Shown here piece by piece: positions 12,870 through 25,600 of a stretch of 64,000 bases of DNA; position 1 is the stretch's first letter, and the number at the start of each line of letters is the position of its first letter. The notes under the pieces were generated by a model that was given only the letters and a program-made list of their open reading frames with translations, was not told the DNA's origin and ran no database searches. The stretch is from contig NMRA01000070.1 in NCBI GenBank assembly GCA_002633005.1, forward strand, positions 605,872 through 669,871, in the 5' to 3' direction. This DNA is from Phoronis australis. Its lineage: Eukaryota; Animalia; Phoronida. Both the position numbers and the translations under genes were made by a program.

Positions 12870-14500
12870 TGGGCGAAGTCTGCAGTTCGCCGCAATGATG
12901 CCGTTGTGCCCCACAGTTTTATCTTTTAAAGTTCCACCGGACTGGGCCATGTCTGGCGCCTTAGGGTATCGAACGTAGGGCAGCTCTGCAGTAAATGCGC
13001 AGGTGTCTAGGCGCCAGTGCCACATGGGCACTCGTCTGTATGAGAGATTTTCATGCGATGCTTGTGGGAGAGCAGCTGGCTGTGGCCTGTTCTTAACCTG
13101 AAGATAGTGTCTTGTTCCTGCCGGTCATGCTGGTGGATCTAGTCTTCTATCACTCACTATTCTGACAGCTCTTGTTAATTTTTTCTGCTCGGATCACATT
13201 CAAGGCACTGCCGATGGCGCATCTCCGCCTGTAACGATCAGCACCACTTGCCGGTTGGTATGGCGAGGAAACGGTGGACGTGAGGGTCGCTCGGATGGCC
13301 TGTTATGACAAAGACTCCACCACCACCTGATGTGTCACTGTCCGTTGCTGATGCGTTTGAGTAGAGGACCAGGTCGTAGTCGCTCCATCGTTCCTCCAGT
13401 CGGGCCATGGCCCACTGCCGGTTCACCGCCACATCGCCCGTTTTGCAGCCCGTTGTATCGAACCGATGGTCACCTATCTTTAGCCACGGGGGGGGGGGTC
13501 TGGTCTTCGCGGCGGTCGTTTGGGGTCGAACATCGATTTCCATAGTTTGCTGACTATTTCTCTCCATCTCGTTTTTTTTTTCGTTCTCTGTCGTAGTCTT
13601 GTCTGCCGTTTGATATCTTGGGTTCTCGTCTGCTTGTCTCAGCGATTTCTCGTAGGCAATCGTACACAGTTGTATTGATCTAGAAGATGTGGTGGGCAGG
13701 TTCGCTTCCGCAAGGAGAGCTTCAGCTATGGTCCTTTTCATCTGACCCGTGGACGTCGTGCGTATTTGAAGAACGAGCACTCGGACTTCTGGACGGAAAT
13801 TTCAATCTTCCACTTATGATTCCATTCTTGGATTTTATCCAGCACGGATTGAATCTCCTCAGCTTCTGTCAGGTTCTTGTTCTGTGTTCACACGGCAACG
13901 TCGTCCACGAACAAGCTTACTTGCGGGCTGCGGATGAATTCGGGAAGGTCGTTGATATAGAAAAAGAACAGAAGGGTTGATAATACCGACCCCTGTGGAA
14001 CGCCTGGCATGAGGAGTACAGTCTTGCTCGAGGGTCGCCCAGGTCAGGCGGTTAGAGAGCCACGTCTGTGTCCATCGAATCATCTTCTGGGGTACGCCGC
14101 ATTATGGCATCTTCAGGAGAAGAGGATCACGCCAAACTTTGCAATGGGCTCGTGAGTAATCAATGAGCTTCAGGAGAGTTCTTTCCATGGGGTTGCTCTG
14201 GAATCAGTCACTGATTGATTGCGATAGGCGGAGTAAGTGATCCTCGGTGCTGGGTCCCACCTGGATGGGCCCCGCCTGAAAGCCCGCTTGATTCTGGTCT
14301 AGAGTCTCCATTTCCCCTACGATATGCCTTATACGATTGGCCACCAATCTCTCCATGGCTTTTCCGATTGTAGAGGTCAAGGATATGGGTCTGTAGCTGT
14401 CTAGCTGCTGGTGGTCTGTACCTGCGTTCGGGGTAGGTCAGATGGTGGCACTGTACCGATTTTGTTAGCATGCCCGGTTGGCATGATACAACCTCTAGGT
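12870..14500 (-). mobile_element. Degenerate LINE with RT and RNase H (I-group/Ingi-like)
   Basis: RT motifs IRWTQTWLSNR, GVPQGSVLS and FYINDLP...SLFVDDVAV, then downstream DLVLYSNASA...GGGGVFV (RNase H YTDGS-like). Many frameshifts. Confidence 0.8.
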
Positions 14501-14981
14501 TTTCCATCCTAAAAATAGTATATTAAAAACGATTACATTGTTACATTGACAACTAGTGTAATAAAACGCTGCAGGGTTAGTGATGAATTAATAGAGGCCC
14601 ATTTATTTTTTTGTACTTACACAAACGGGTTGCTGTATGCATACCGGATTCTCAGATTAGACGCATTGTAGAGTTTTATTCAGTCTTTTGTCACCTTTTC
14701 AGCGCAACAAATTTAATAATTAAAAACACACATCGGTAACTAGCTGTCGGGTTACCGATATATTCATAGAGACACATTCATTTTTGTGCTTAAATAAACG
14801 AGTAACTGTATGCTTACGCATTGTAGAGCTCTGTTCAGCCGTACATCTTTGTCAGTCAAATGAGTTAAATGGTTATTAACAAACGGGTACAGCGGGACGC
14901 AATCTCATAAAATGAACCTGCATCTGCTAAAATAATCAAAAGCGAAAAATTTGCACCAGAAGTTTTGGTTACGAAGAGGCG

Positions 14982-14996
14982 ATGCCAATCATTACG
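14982..14996 (+). CDS. Predicted first coding exon of MACPF gene 1 (MPIIT)
   Basis: ATG CCA ATC ATT ACG|gtactg, phase 0. The paralogous block has ATG TCA ATC ATT ATG|gtactg at 47101. CATAAAA lies 60-75 bp upstream in both copies. Confidence 0.5.
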
Positions 14997-16981
14997 GTAC
15001 TGTATAAGCTTTTTTGTTTATGTATACATCCGGTCGTTACAACATAATAACTCAAGTTGTTAGGCGTGTTACACAGTACGTTCAGTAGCAAACAGAAGAC
15101 CCACAGGAGTGCATCTATTTAAATTACAATATTCGCAGTTTTTGTAGAATATGTATTTTCTGTTTTGTATTACTCAAAAATTGCTATTTTTAAGTACACG
15201 AGGCAAGGCTTAAAATTCATTGATAGCCAACGGTATAAATGATATTTATCAGGAATTAATATTAAATTCAATAATTTAATTTTATGAAAACTTGCCGAAG
15301 ATAACATCCTGGCGTTATAAATTGATGGATGAATTACCTTTTTATTTAACTTTTGGAACAACGTACACATTCAGAAAACCAGTTCGGAGATATGATGTAC
15401 TCCGATTCACTTAAGACCATTTTCGCATTACGTCATTACGTGAAGGGTTTTGAAAATATGACGATTGACGACACAGAAAAGCGGCATTGTTTGGTTAATA
15501 AGAATATCTCCATCACAGCATACATGTATATCGCTGGGAAACTGGTTAACCTTCTAGCGGAACTGACTAAGTACAAAGCCGGGACCCGCCGGCTCACACA
15601 AGATTTGGGTTACCTTGCCAATTCAGTGGAGACCGGTCATAGGGGGATAAAAGTCGACAGTGTTGTAAATTAATAGTAAAAGGCCGCCCTTATTAAAACA
15701 TTTTGTTTTCCCTGCCTTATCAGGCACCATTCTTCTGTCGTAAGTCGGTACAGTATGTGTAAAATGGCGTACTTTATTTCATTTCTGAATGCAATAACGT
15801 CAGATGCAACTTATAACTATAAAGAGACATTAGTTTGTCATTAGAATTAATTAACACAACAGAATCTCCAAAACAGGGGGGGAGGTGTGATGATTTAATT
15901 AGAAGTTCAAAGGAGGGTTTAGTCATGAGGAAAGGGGGAGGGCGGCGGAGGAGGGAGGTAGTGGGAATTTTTGGATGGCTTAGTATGTGAACGCCCACTT
16001 TCCACAAAAGGTACACAATTGGGAATCTATGTCTCCATATTTCAATAGAAAGTATTAGTACGTTTAAGTCCGTGAAAGAATTTGGAGCCATTTCAACTTC
16101 GCTTCAGTGCTAAAAATTATGAAGAAAATATCGGTTTTCTTCCACCATTCATAAGTTGTCTGGAAGTTCAACACTAATTCCCTCTTTTTACAACTGACAT
16201 ATTAAAGAATCGCAAATAAATTAATTTGTCACCTTGCCGAAGAAGACCCTACAAAAAGAGAAAAATTTCGATAAGAAAATTTTAACGGAATCAAAACTGT
16301 TTTCTCTTAAACATGTTCGTAATTTTTGCTGAAGTCCACAAATTGTCTGATTGATGGAGAAATCCCATGCGCAAAAAGACTCATTGGTGGTTAGTTTAAC
16401 ACCAGGTGAGAACGAGTAAAAATACACTCGCATGAAAGAGCGCATGACATCGTTCGTTTGCCGCCACTAGTGAAAAAGAGTATAATATATACACAAAACG
16501 TACCGAGAGTGGCGAACAAGAAGTAATATCCCACTCGACCTTATTCAGCGTATCGACCTCGACCGAGAATTCCTAAGTTTCTTACATTTTTTCGGCAGAT
16601 TTTTCAAATACTTCATCCAGATTGTTCACATGGCGGATCACATCCTATATGTATATACTTGCGCGTTAGGTTTCAAGTTTTCTCTTGTAAGAGAAACAGT
16701 TTTAAAAGTAACGATTTATTTCTTGAAAAGAGGTAAGGCAAAGATGAAAACAACGGCAACTGTGCAATGAACTTGTAACATCTCCTGGAACTAGTTAAAA
16801 AACAACATTTGATATTTTAGTCTCCTAGGACGAATCGGCGCCTGAGTTGCAGAAGATATAGTATTCAGCAATTGAAAACTGAGACATAAGCGTCTTATAA
16901 TTAACAGTTTCGTTCCGGATTTTACGTTTAGGGCCTGGTTGCATGTCGAGTGTTAGTAACGCTGCTGCAACTGTATTACTT

Positions 16982-19278
16982 CAGTGGCGGATCTAGGATA
17001 TCACAAGGGAGGGCCCAACATTTTATCTGTAAACATTTGCGCAAAGCACGATGGTAGATGCACATAGTACCGAATGGGGGGAGGTCGGGAGGGGGGCAAA
17101 CCCAGGAAATTTTTCTGTTTTTTCCTCTAAAAATCAAGTATTTTCCTTTATTCCTGTAGTATTATCCAAAAAAACGGAGAACATGTCGAACTAGAAAAAC
17201 TGAAAGTGCCACAGACTCGAACTCACGACCTGGCGAATAGAGCGCGCGTGCTTTACCACTAGTGCACCACCACCTACTTACTTATGGTCCACAGCGTTTG
17301 CGCGCCAAACCTACTTCTTTTTGCAATGCTTATTACATTTTTTATACTTTGTGCAATCAGTTCGTAACAAATTTGTTGTATTTAAAATAGTCTTCAATTG
17401 CCCAAAAGACCAAATCCGTTTTTTGTGTTGACATTAATGACGCGATTGCGTTGGAAATCGTCTTAAGTTAAGGTTTGACATAGAGAAAATTACGAGTTTT
17501 TGAGTGATTCACTAAGGCTCCGATTAAAATTGACACCTTAGCAGCAGCTTCTGTTTTTTCATCGTCACTCAGATTCCATTTAAAAAATGAAGTAATTTTG
17601 TTCACTGCACAGTGAAGCAGACGACGGAAACGGAGTAGTAGTGCGCAGCGCCACTGCCGGTCGCCTGGGATGTCGCGGGAGAGCTTATACTTAGCCACGG
17701 TTACGATTGCGCCGTGTTCCGAATTTGACACTTGAAATTGGATCTGAGCCCCCACCCCCCAAACACACTAAAACTGCACACATTTAAGTCTTGTTTCAGC
17801 CGTATAATGTTAATTACCGGGGTTAATTAATAAACTCAACATTTCCCTATGCTCTTGCTGTTTTATTTTTGCGGCAGCCAAGTACGACTTCCGGATTCAC
17901 GCTTGCATTATAAACTGACGTTTGGAGCACTCCTTATATATACAAATGCATGAACTCGTAAGATTTATGCCCCACGAGTTCACCGGGCGGCGAAGGAAAG
18001 AAGTTATGCACTCGTGTGAGAACGTATGGCGTGTGCACTTCACTCGCACGATGATTGCATTGCGCACGTTCTCAAAAGAGTGTGTTCGCGCTCTATATCC
18101 TCGTAAAGACACTCTAACACCACAGCTAATTCATTGGTTCTTCATTGTATTTCATCTCTCCGGTCTGACGACTCTCTTCAACAGGGCTCAATACAAGTTC
18201 ATCCGTTGTCCATAGGTTATCCGGGTACGCTAATAATTAATATACGTTCAGAGCTTCTTCTACGCAAGTGTTGGATTAGTACAAATTATGTACATTGTAC
18301 TCTCTCCCTAGGTTTAGTAGAACTGGGCCATTGCATGCGCGCACCCAGCGTTCAATATGGGGCGAGGGGGGCTCGAATTCCTGAAGTTGTGGACCTTTTG
18401 CTAACAAAAGAGTGGGCGGACTAAAAAAAAGAAAAAAAAAAAAACGGGAGCACCACTGTGAAGTGCGCGTTTGCGATTATTTAGTCCCATTTTCTTGGAC
18501 TTCTTGTCTCTCAGGGGCGGACCTTTTTGCCCCCTGGGTGCGCTCATGCATTGGTAGCTTCACGTGGAACTATTTCCGTGACAACGGTAGCCCGCTCACA
18601 ATGCGTTCTCACGCAACTTTCTGTTTTTGATCACCAGGCTTGAGTCAGAACAGACTCGCGTGTAGGTATGTCTTATGGGAAAGTCACGCAGTGACGTAAT
18701 AAGATTATGCAATATGTAAAAATCGCAAAAACACCTCTATTGCCACGGGACGTGGGACCAGGAGGTCGTGGGGTTGAGGGTCGAGGGGTGTGGGGGTGGA
18801 GGGGGGGGGGTTGAAGGGGTTTTAGAGCTATCTTAATGTGCCTGATTAGTGCCGTTGTTTTCTAGGCTTGGAAATCTTGGAATCATAACTTCTCTAGTAG
18901 AAATGTCATGCATAAAAATCGTCAGTTTTAGAAGTAAAAGAATTAAGTCACATAGGCGGATTTGGGGTGCGGGGGGCAGGGGGCCCGCCCCCCCTTGAGT
19001 GCCGCAAAAATGAAATAGCATAAGCGTAAGGAATTGACAATTAATCCCGACATTCAATACGCGGTAGGCGGGAAGGGAAGGGAGCTCACACTCAAGTTAA
19101 GTGTCCGGTCCCGACGATCTGCTTTCGTTTTTTTAGTACCCCTTAATTTTTGGAGTAGAAGGTTCAGAAACTCGAGCCTCGCTGTCTTCAGGCTGGGTGC
19201 GCGCATCTAACCGTGCCTTGCTCAATTTGCTCAATTGCCCCAGACAAAATATTGTTTGGTATCCTAGATCCGCCACTG
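16982..19278. mobile_element. hAT-like non-autonomous element with nested MITE/SINE insertions
   Basis: Perfect 17-bp TIR CAGTGGCGGATCTAGGA / TCCTAGATCCGCCACTG. TSD matches only 5/8. Confidence 0.6.
17205..17272 (-). mobile_element. tRNA-derived SINE head
   Basis: Reverse strand reads ggtggtgcactagtggtaaagcacgc...ggtcgtgagttcgagtc (A-box- and B-box-like). No complete cloverleaf. Confidence 0.55.
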
Positions 19279-19872
19279 TGTTACACAGGCTTGGGTTAGG
19301 GAGGAAAATCTAGGACTGAACCGAAACGGTATCTGATATACCATGCGCGCACCCAAGGGGGCTCGGGAGGGGGCTCAAACGAGCCCTCCATTTGGCGAAG
19401 TGAGCAAAAAGGTCCGCCTCCGAAAAACAAAAGGTCCGAGAAAATGATACAAAAGTCCCCTAAACAAGCACAAGCGCGCAATTCACAGTGGTGCCCCGTT
19501 TTTTTTTAGTCCGCCCGCCTATTTGTTATCAAAAGGTCCACAACGGCAAGTGAATTCGAACCCCTCATATTGAATGCTGGTGTTACACGAGTAGCAGAGT
19601 GACTCCCCAGTGAACTCCGACGATGTGTATTTCACCTCAACACATACATTGTACAGTTCAGTTGCATATGACATACGCTCATCTCCGTAAACCAGGGAAT
19701 GAAATCTGCCGCCAGCGAAGTCCAGGCACATGCAGCCGGTTTCAGGAAGGTGGTTTCAAGTTTAATTTTGAAAGTGGACACAGATAATCTGCATTTCATA
19801 AACGTGGTTTTTATACCCGTGGTCTAGTAATACCTGGTTTAACTCCAGTTTAAACCTGGTCTAAGACATTTT

Positions 19873-20520
19873 CAGCCGATTTCATAAACGAGGCTTAACG
19901 CAACCTGATATAATTTTTGACCTAACTTGCATTTCACCAACGTGGTTTAAAATTTTGAAAGCCTGGTTTTGTTAGAGCAGAGAGTGGGTAAAACCAGGCG
20001 TGCGTTCAGTAGACGCTAGGACCTACACTAGGACCTAACTAAAGGTCCTAGCGTTACTGGACGGGAGGCAAGGTATAGCTCTGGATTAACACAGCAAAGA
20101 GACTATTGAAGTGGTTCAATGAAACCTTTATCATGTGGGTATACAAAGACACACAGCAGTAGAATACGTGCAGACATTTGCGAAAAAGGTCTAAACGCTT
20201 TCTTCATGAGGAAAAATGCTCCCTCCCAGAACTGGTCAGAGAAAAAGCCAATGACATAGAGAATAAGAAAACTGGTGCAAAGTCAAGTCAACGTAAGCGG
20301 CAGACTTGGAGATAACATTGGTCCAGACTGTCTGCACTGTTCCCTCAACCGGAGAAATGCAGCGGCAAACAGTTAAATGGTGTCACTAAAAATGAAAGCC
20401 AGAAAGAAAGTTTTATCTGTGAAATAATTGCAAAGAAAAACGGTGAGGGACCCACTAGCAGATTTAGGATATCATGAGGGGACATTTTGCAATGTCTGTA
20501 CCCAACAGAAGTACACATAT
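19873..20520 (+). mobile_element. PIF/Harbinger-like non-autonomous element end with decayed Myb/SANT ORF
   Basis: Terminus CAGCCGATTTCATAAA. Translation KRSKRFLHEEKCSLPELVREKANDIENKKTGAKSSQRKRQTW is Myb/SANT-like. Related copies at 21560-22530(-), 48960-49472(-) and 63737-64000(+). Confidence 0.65.
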
Positions 20521-21559
20521 TAAAGCACATGCTCACGATTAGCCGCAACATAATATATTCCCAAATTTATTTCCGTGTAATTTTGCGGCCACGGGGAGGG
20601 GACAGAACCCCTGCCCGGCAACTTTAAATTGGGGACCAAAAGAGGTGGACCTCAGTCAGAAGAATCAGAAGATGCCATCTTCAGTCAGACTGGAGCGCTT
20701 ACGACGATGACTGCTCTATTGGTCTACGTAAAGGCGGATCCAAGGGGCAAGGGGTCCGTAGACGCTTTTGCCTTGTTATTAGTGAAATCAAATCTATAAC
20801 TTTCAAATTGTTGACAAGGACCCCCTTTTAAAAATCCTTGATCCCACCCCCATTCTCCTGTAATGCTTTTTGCGTCTCAATGTCAGCATTTCGGCAGGTA
20901 GATCATGGCTAAAATTGGCACGCCTAGAAGCTGAGACAAAATGTATCAATTGGATTGAAAGCCAAAGAGTGTCACAGTGTCTTCTGGTTGTAGCTATTTC
21001 ATGAATCCATAAACAAGCCAGGAAAGATGATACAATACATCGATTTAGTCACACATTTTTAGATCGCAAAAATTAAAACAAAATATTACGAATCATTGTA
21101 AAGAACCTGAACGTAACCACGTTAATGGTTAATATCCTTCGATGATTAGTTTATAATCATTCATTTTAAATCTCTACTTATTACAAAGGGCCAATGCAAT
21201 CTCAGTTGTCATATACATAGTGCCTGCCGCCCTGCAAAATAACCACGTCATATAAAATGTTATTAAATTAAGAAAAGTTTGTTTTTAATCGTGTATTAAT
21301 TATTATTAATTATGAAACATGCAAGTCCCGTTCATGTAGATTTCTCAAAGAAAACTGTATGTGAATAAATGTAACGGCTCATCAATTTTTGTTCTAATAT
21401 AATAAATTTCCCAAGTATTTCTGCAAGTATTTCCGCAAAAAGTCTTGCATGAACGGGACTCACAAATAGATTCATATACAAAAAGACGGCTTACCTCGAT
21501 AATTTTACGGTTTTTGTGTTCCCACCGTTTTCCTAGCACACACAGGACTTCTCGGGCGC

Positions 21560-22530
21560 AACGGTACTTGATGGCTTTGTGGCGTATCCTGTTTATATAT
21601 CCCTGAGTAGGGGGTCATAGGGTGGACTTGTTCTTAGTTGCCACTCGAACCACATGCGGGACTCGAAAGGGGAGACGGTGTCGGCTGTCTATTCCTTTGG
21701 CGGCTCGTCCCGGCTACAAGACTCCTTGAGCGTATTGGGCTTGCGCTCCCTGTAGCACCTGGGTTTTTGTAGACTGCATCGACTGTGGTTGACCAGAAGA
21801 CAGCACATTCAAATGCTGGCCCGTACCTGTTGCAATGTGTTCCTCAGACTCCGTAGGGTCCGACTGTCCAAGCAGAGCGTCATCGTCATAACCGTTTCGG
21901 GTGTGGGATTGACGACGTCATCATCTAAGATCAAATCTAACACTGCCTGATTTTCCTGACTGAGTTCCGCCTCCTTTGGTCATCCATCGATTTTCTGTGC
22001 AGCTTTTTAAACGTTCCCAAAAGTACTTTAACTGCTTATCGTTGCGTTTTTTTGGTTGCTGGAACTGTGCAGCCAGTCTGTACGCAATGTCTTTACAAGC
22101 CTGTTACTTCCGTTGACTTGCTTTGGCGTCACTATTCTTATTCTCAATGACATCATTTTTTGTAATCAGTTCTGTGAGGAAAGCTTTTTCCTCAGAAGAA
22201 AAGTTTTCCGACCTTTTTCTACTCATATTATTGATGACACAGCCACCAGGAAATGTGTGCCTTTGCACTGATTCTACCAACAACTGTGTGCTTTCATTGA
22301 TACCCAGATGATCACACTTCCAATCAAGCACTTCAATAATTTCTTTTTTGGATTAGCCCAACTTGACAAAGGGGGTTGCCTTGGAAATTTTAAACAGGGT
22401 TTTACTGAACGTGCCCCCTAGTCTAACAAAACCAAGCTTTCACGTTGGTGAAATGTAAGTCAGGTCTGACAATAGGCCATGTTTAGAAAGACCAGTTTAA
22501 AATCTTAAACCTCCCTAATGAAGTCGGCTA
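21560..22530 (-). mobile_element. PIF/Harbinger-like element with Myb/SANT-like (MSANTD3-type) pseudo-ORF
   Basis: MSRKRSENFSSEEKAFLTELITKNDVIENKNSDAKASQRK*QACKDIA...KQLKYFWERLK contains an internal stop. Terminus tagccgacttcatta on the minus strand. Confidence 0.7.
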
Positions 22531-22609
22531 ATGGAATCTGGCCTGCATGGTCCACGTAACAAGGACTGCACAGCGCCTTAAGGAGCAGTAAAGAAAAGCA
22601 TAACAAGTA

Positions 22610-25600
22610 AGGAAAATAGCAACGAACAAAGCATAGCAATAAACGAACTACAGTTACTAACGTCCCGTCACACATGTAAACCAAAACTCAGTAATGACTT
22701 TACAATACAACAAGGAGCCAGGAATGGCATAGATTAGACATACATGTAAGCACGCTACGAGCGCTATTTTGCTCACTTTTCACTTAATCTAAGGAGAGAC
22801 GTTACTCTCGCGATGTCGATACAAAATCAACAGTTGTCTAGAAAAGAGATTCACAGTTTTAAGTAAGAATGTATATAATTGTATTTTTTTTAGGAAATTG
22901 CAACTAGACTGCTTATCATTACCGTCCTCCTGGTCGGTGTGAAGGCAACGTTGGAGGACCAACCGGTGGAGACGATGGACTCACAGGCAGAAGGAAAAAG
23001 GGATTTCAAGTACTACTCAGGAGGAGAAAATGAAATTACCGTAGACTTAAAAGCCATGACTCCAGCTAGGTATGAACCCTACAACAGAAAGAACCCACTC
23101 GGTAAAAGCTTTTATCTGCCTGAAATCGATCTTTACTCTGATCGGACAGGTGGTATTCCCATCTTTAAGTCAATAGATGATACGTGTCTATTGGAATACT
23201 CACACGACAGGCAGACACAGGAAAAAATAGAGTTTTACGGAAATACCCAATCGTTCTACAACACGATTGCGTCGTCAAGCTCATTGGATATCAAATTAAC
23301 GGGCAAGTACACCATGGGGGCAACACTGAACGTAAAGACGAGCTCCATTTCCTCTGGCTCAACTGATGTTAAGGGCAACAACTTGCGCATGTGGACCCAT
23401 ACACAGACCAACGTTCTCGATGCCACCTGCTACCACTTACCTAATAGTCCACTGTCGCCTTATGTTATAAAAGGGATCACTAATCTACCTTTGACCATCA
23501 GTAACCCCGAGTCCATATCGCACTGGAGAGAATATGAAAATTTTCTCAGAACCTTTGGCTCTCACATGGTAATAAAAACTCACTACGGTTCGTCTATCCG
23601 TTCCTGGGCATTTTCAAAAAAATCGAAAAGTTATAATCGGAGGCAATTTCAGGTGGCAGCTTGCGTTAACTTTGAAGGGCCAACTGAGGTCGGAAAGCTT
23701 GGTGTCAATGCTTGTTCTAATATAACGAAAGAGGAAATTCATGCCGCTACTTCATATGAAATGTCTTTTAATGTCAACGTCCAGGGTGGAACAGACGAGA
23801 CAAGAAATAAGATTACAACCAACCGCTCTAAAGAACTTCTCCTGAAGCTGATGGATGAAGGAAGGGCAAATCCTGCTCCCGTCGATTACGAGTACGTAGC
23901 GATTTGGAATGTCATCAAGTTCAAATATTTCGGAAATGATCAGCTCAGCAAAGAAATTAGAGCTAAGGCAGAGAATCTCCGACAGTTCTATGAAGGGTTT
24001 AAGGATTTCGGGTGCACGGAGCAAAAGGTCGCTGATGTGAGAATGCGCTACTTCCGGGCGACCAGTCTATCAAGTAGTCTGAGGCCTGAATACGAATGTT
24101 GGATGGAAAGGGAAGGATGTCGCTCCAACGACGACTGTCACACTGGTGGGGCTGGTACTGTGACGTATTGCTATGGCAGTACGTGTATGCAGCACAAAGA
24201 CCCTGCGTTTGGCAACAAAGCTATGAAAGCTGTTGCGCAAACTAAGCAGACCGGAAGCTATAACGAGAAGTTGAATCGAACCTGCTACTACAAGTTCTGG
24301 AAGGCTGAGGGTTATTGCGACGATTCACAGCCTTATTATCACGCTAGCAGAATCTGGCCGAAACCATAATTGCAAAATTCTTGTGATGCGATGAAATTGA
24401 AAGGAAGTCAATAAAAACCTAATCACTATGTTGCATTGTCAATACGTACATTTAGGATACTGAAACAGTAATTGGATATGCACAAATGGGCATGCATAGA
24501 TCTTAAAGCGATAATAAACGGGCGTTACGTCCGAAAAGCAAATTATAGATTTAAAAAACATACTGCTATGAAATTGGTCTCGACGTTTTCATTTCTCAGA
24601 TAAGACGATGTTACGGTAATATAAACAAAAATAACCACTTTTCAGTAATCCTGATAAAAATTAACATCTACTTACATATTTACAAACATGAAACTTGGGA
24701 AAAAGACAGGGTCGAACGTCAGCGCCAACAGTCCAAAACTTGAAACTTGCGGCATCTTCAGTCTTCATCACCAAGGCGTCCTCACGTGTTCCATTGACTC
24801 CACAAGTCCACCAAAATAATACAGTCAAGTTCCATACACAAGACGCTGCTGTCCGCACCGTAGCAAGGGCTGACCACATAGACAAATAACGGTCAGTATC
24901 TTTGAAAGTATATGAACAAAACATAAGAAAATCCAGCCTCAGTGTTCCGATAATTCATGACACACGTCTGCTCACCATCGGCGACCAACTAGAACTCTCC
25001 GATAAAACTCAAAATTGGCCCCTAGCGGGAATACCTAACATACCTTACGGACGAGAATTCAGAGTTGCCAAAGAACTCAATTCCGAATTCATTGGGTGAT
25101 GTTAGGCAGGTAAAATGACATGGCTTGAGAAGTCAACTTGTTGAAGTCTCAAGCAGTAACAATTGGCAAGTTCATTCGAAGCACGTTCATCACCACTAAT
25201 TTTACTATGAAACAATTTGATGCCAGTTTTGGAACGGTTGCTATTTGTTGTCAATTATCACAGGTGCAATGTCCAAAATCAGTTACAAAATTCAAAATCC
25301 ATTAGGTTGAAACTTTCCGTTCTCATAACATGGAATCTGAAAGTGGCTCTGAAAGCCTGAAGACCATATTACTATCTGGCAGGATAGTGAATTTCGGCTA
25401 TTGTTCCGAGGGTGACTAAAAACATTTCTGTTAGTCAAGTCAGAAATCAGTCAAACATTTTGGTGACTCTCAAACTTAAAAGAATTAATTACATTTTCTG
25501 AAATAAGTTATTTTCATTGAGAATTTTTAATTTATTTCATGAAATCACCCTCATATCAGCATGCACTCGAGCACGCGCTCAAACTACCACAGGAAGTAAA

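Noticed and set aside
16733-16738. AG|GTAAGG donor as the first exon of MACPF gene 1
   Set aside because: No in-frame upstream ATG and no counterpart seen in the gene 3 block. The 14982-14996 candidate is conserved in both copies.
22939-22941. GTG/TTG starts given by the ORF track for the MACPF genes (22939, 32843, 49789), implying prokaryotic genes
   Set aside because: The frames extend upstream to canonical splice acceptors and include the signal peptide. PolyA signals follow, and the surroundings are eukaryotic repeats.
23752-24024. Antisense ORFs conserved between MACPF genes 1 and 3 (also 50494-50928, 32907-33296)
   Set aside because: Shadows of the sense CDS; their conservation is explained by the duplication.
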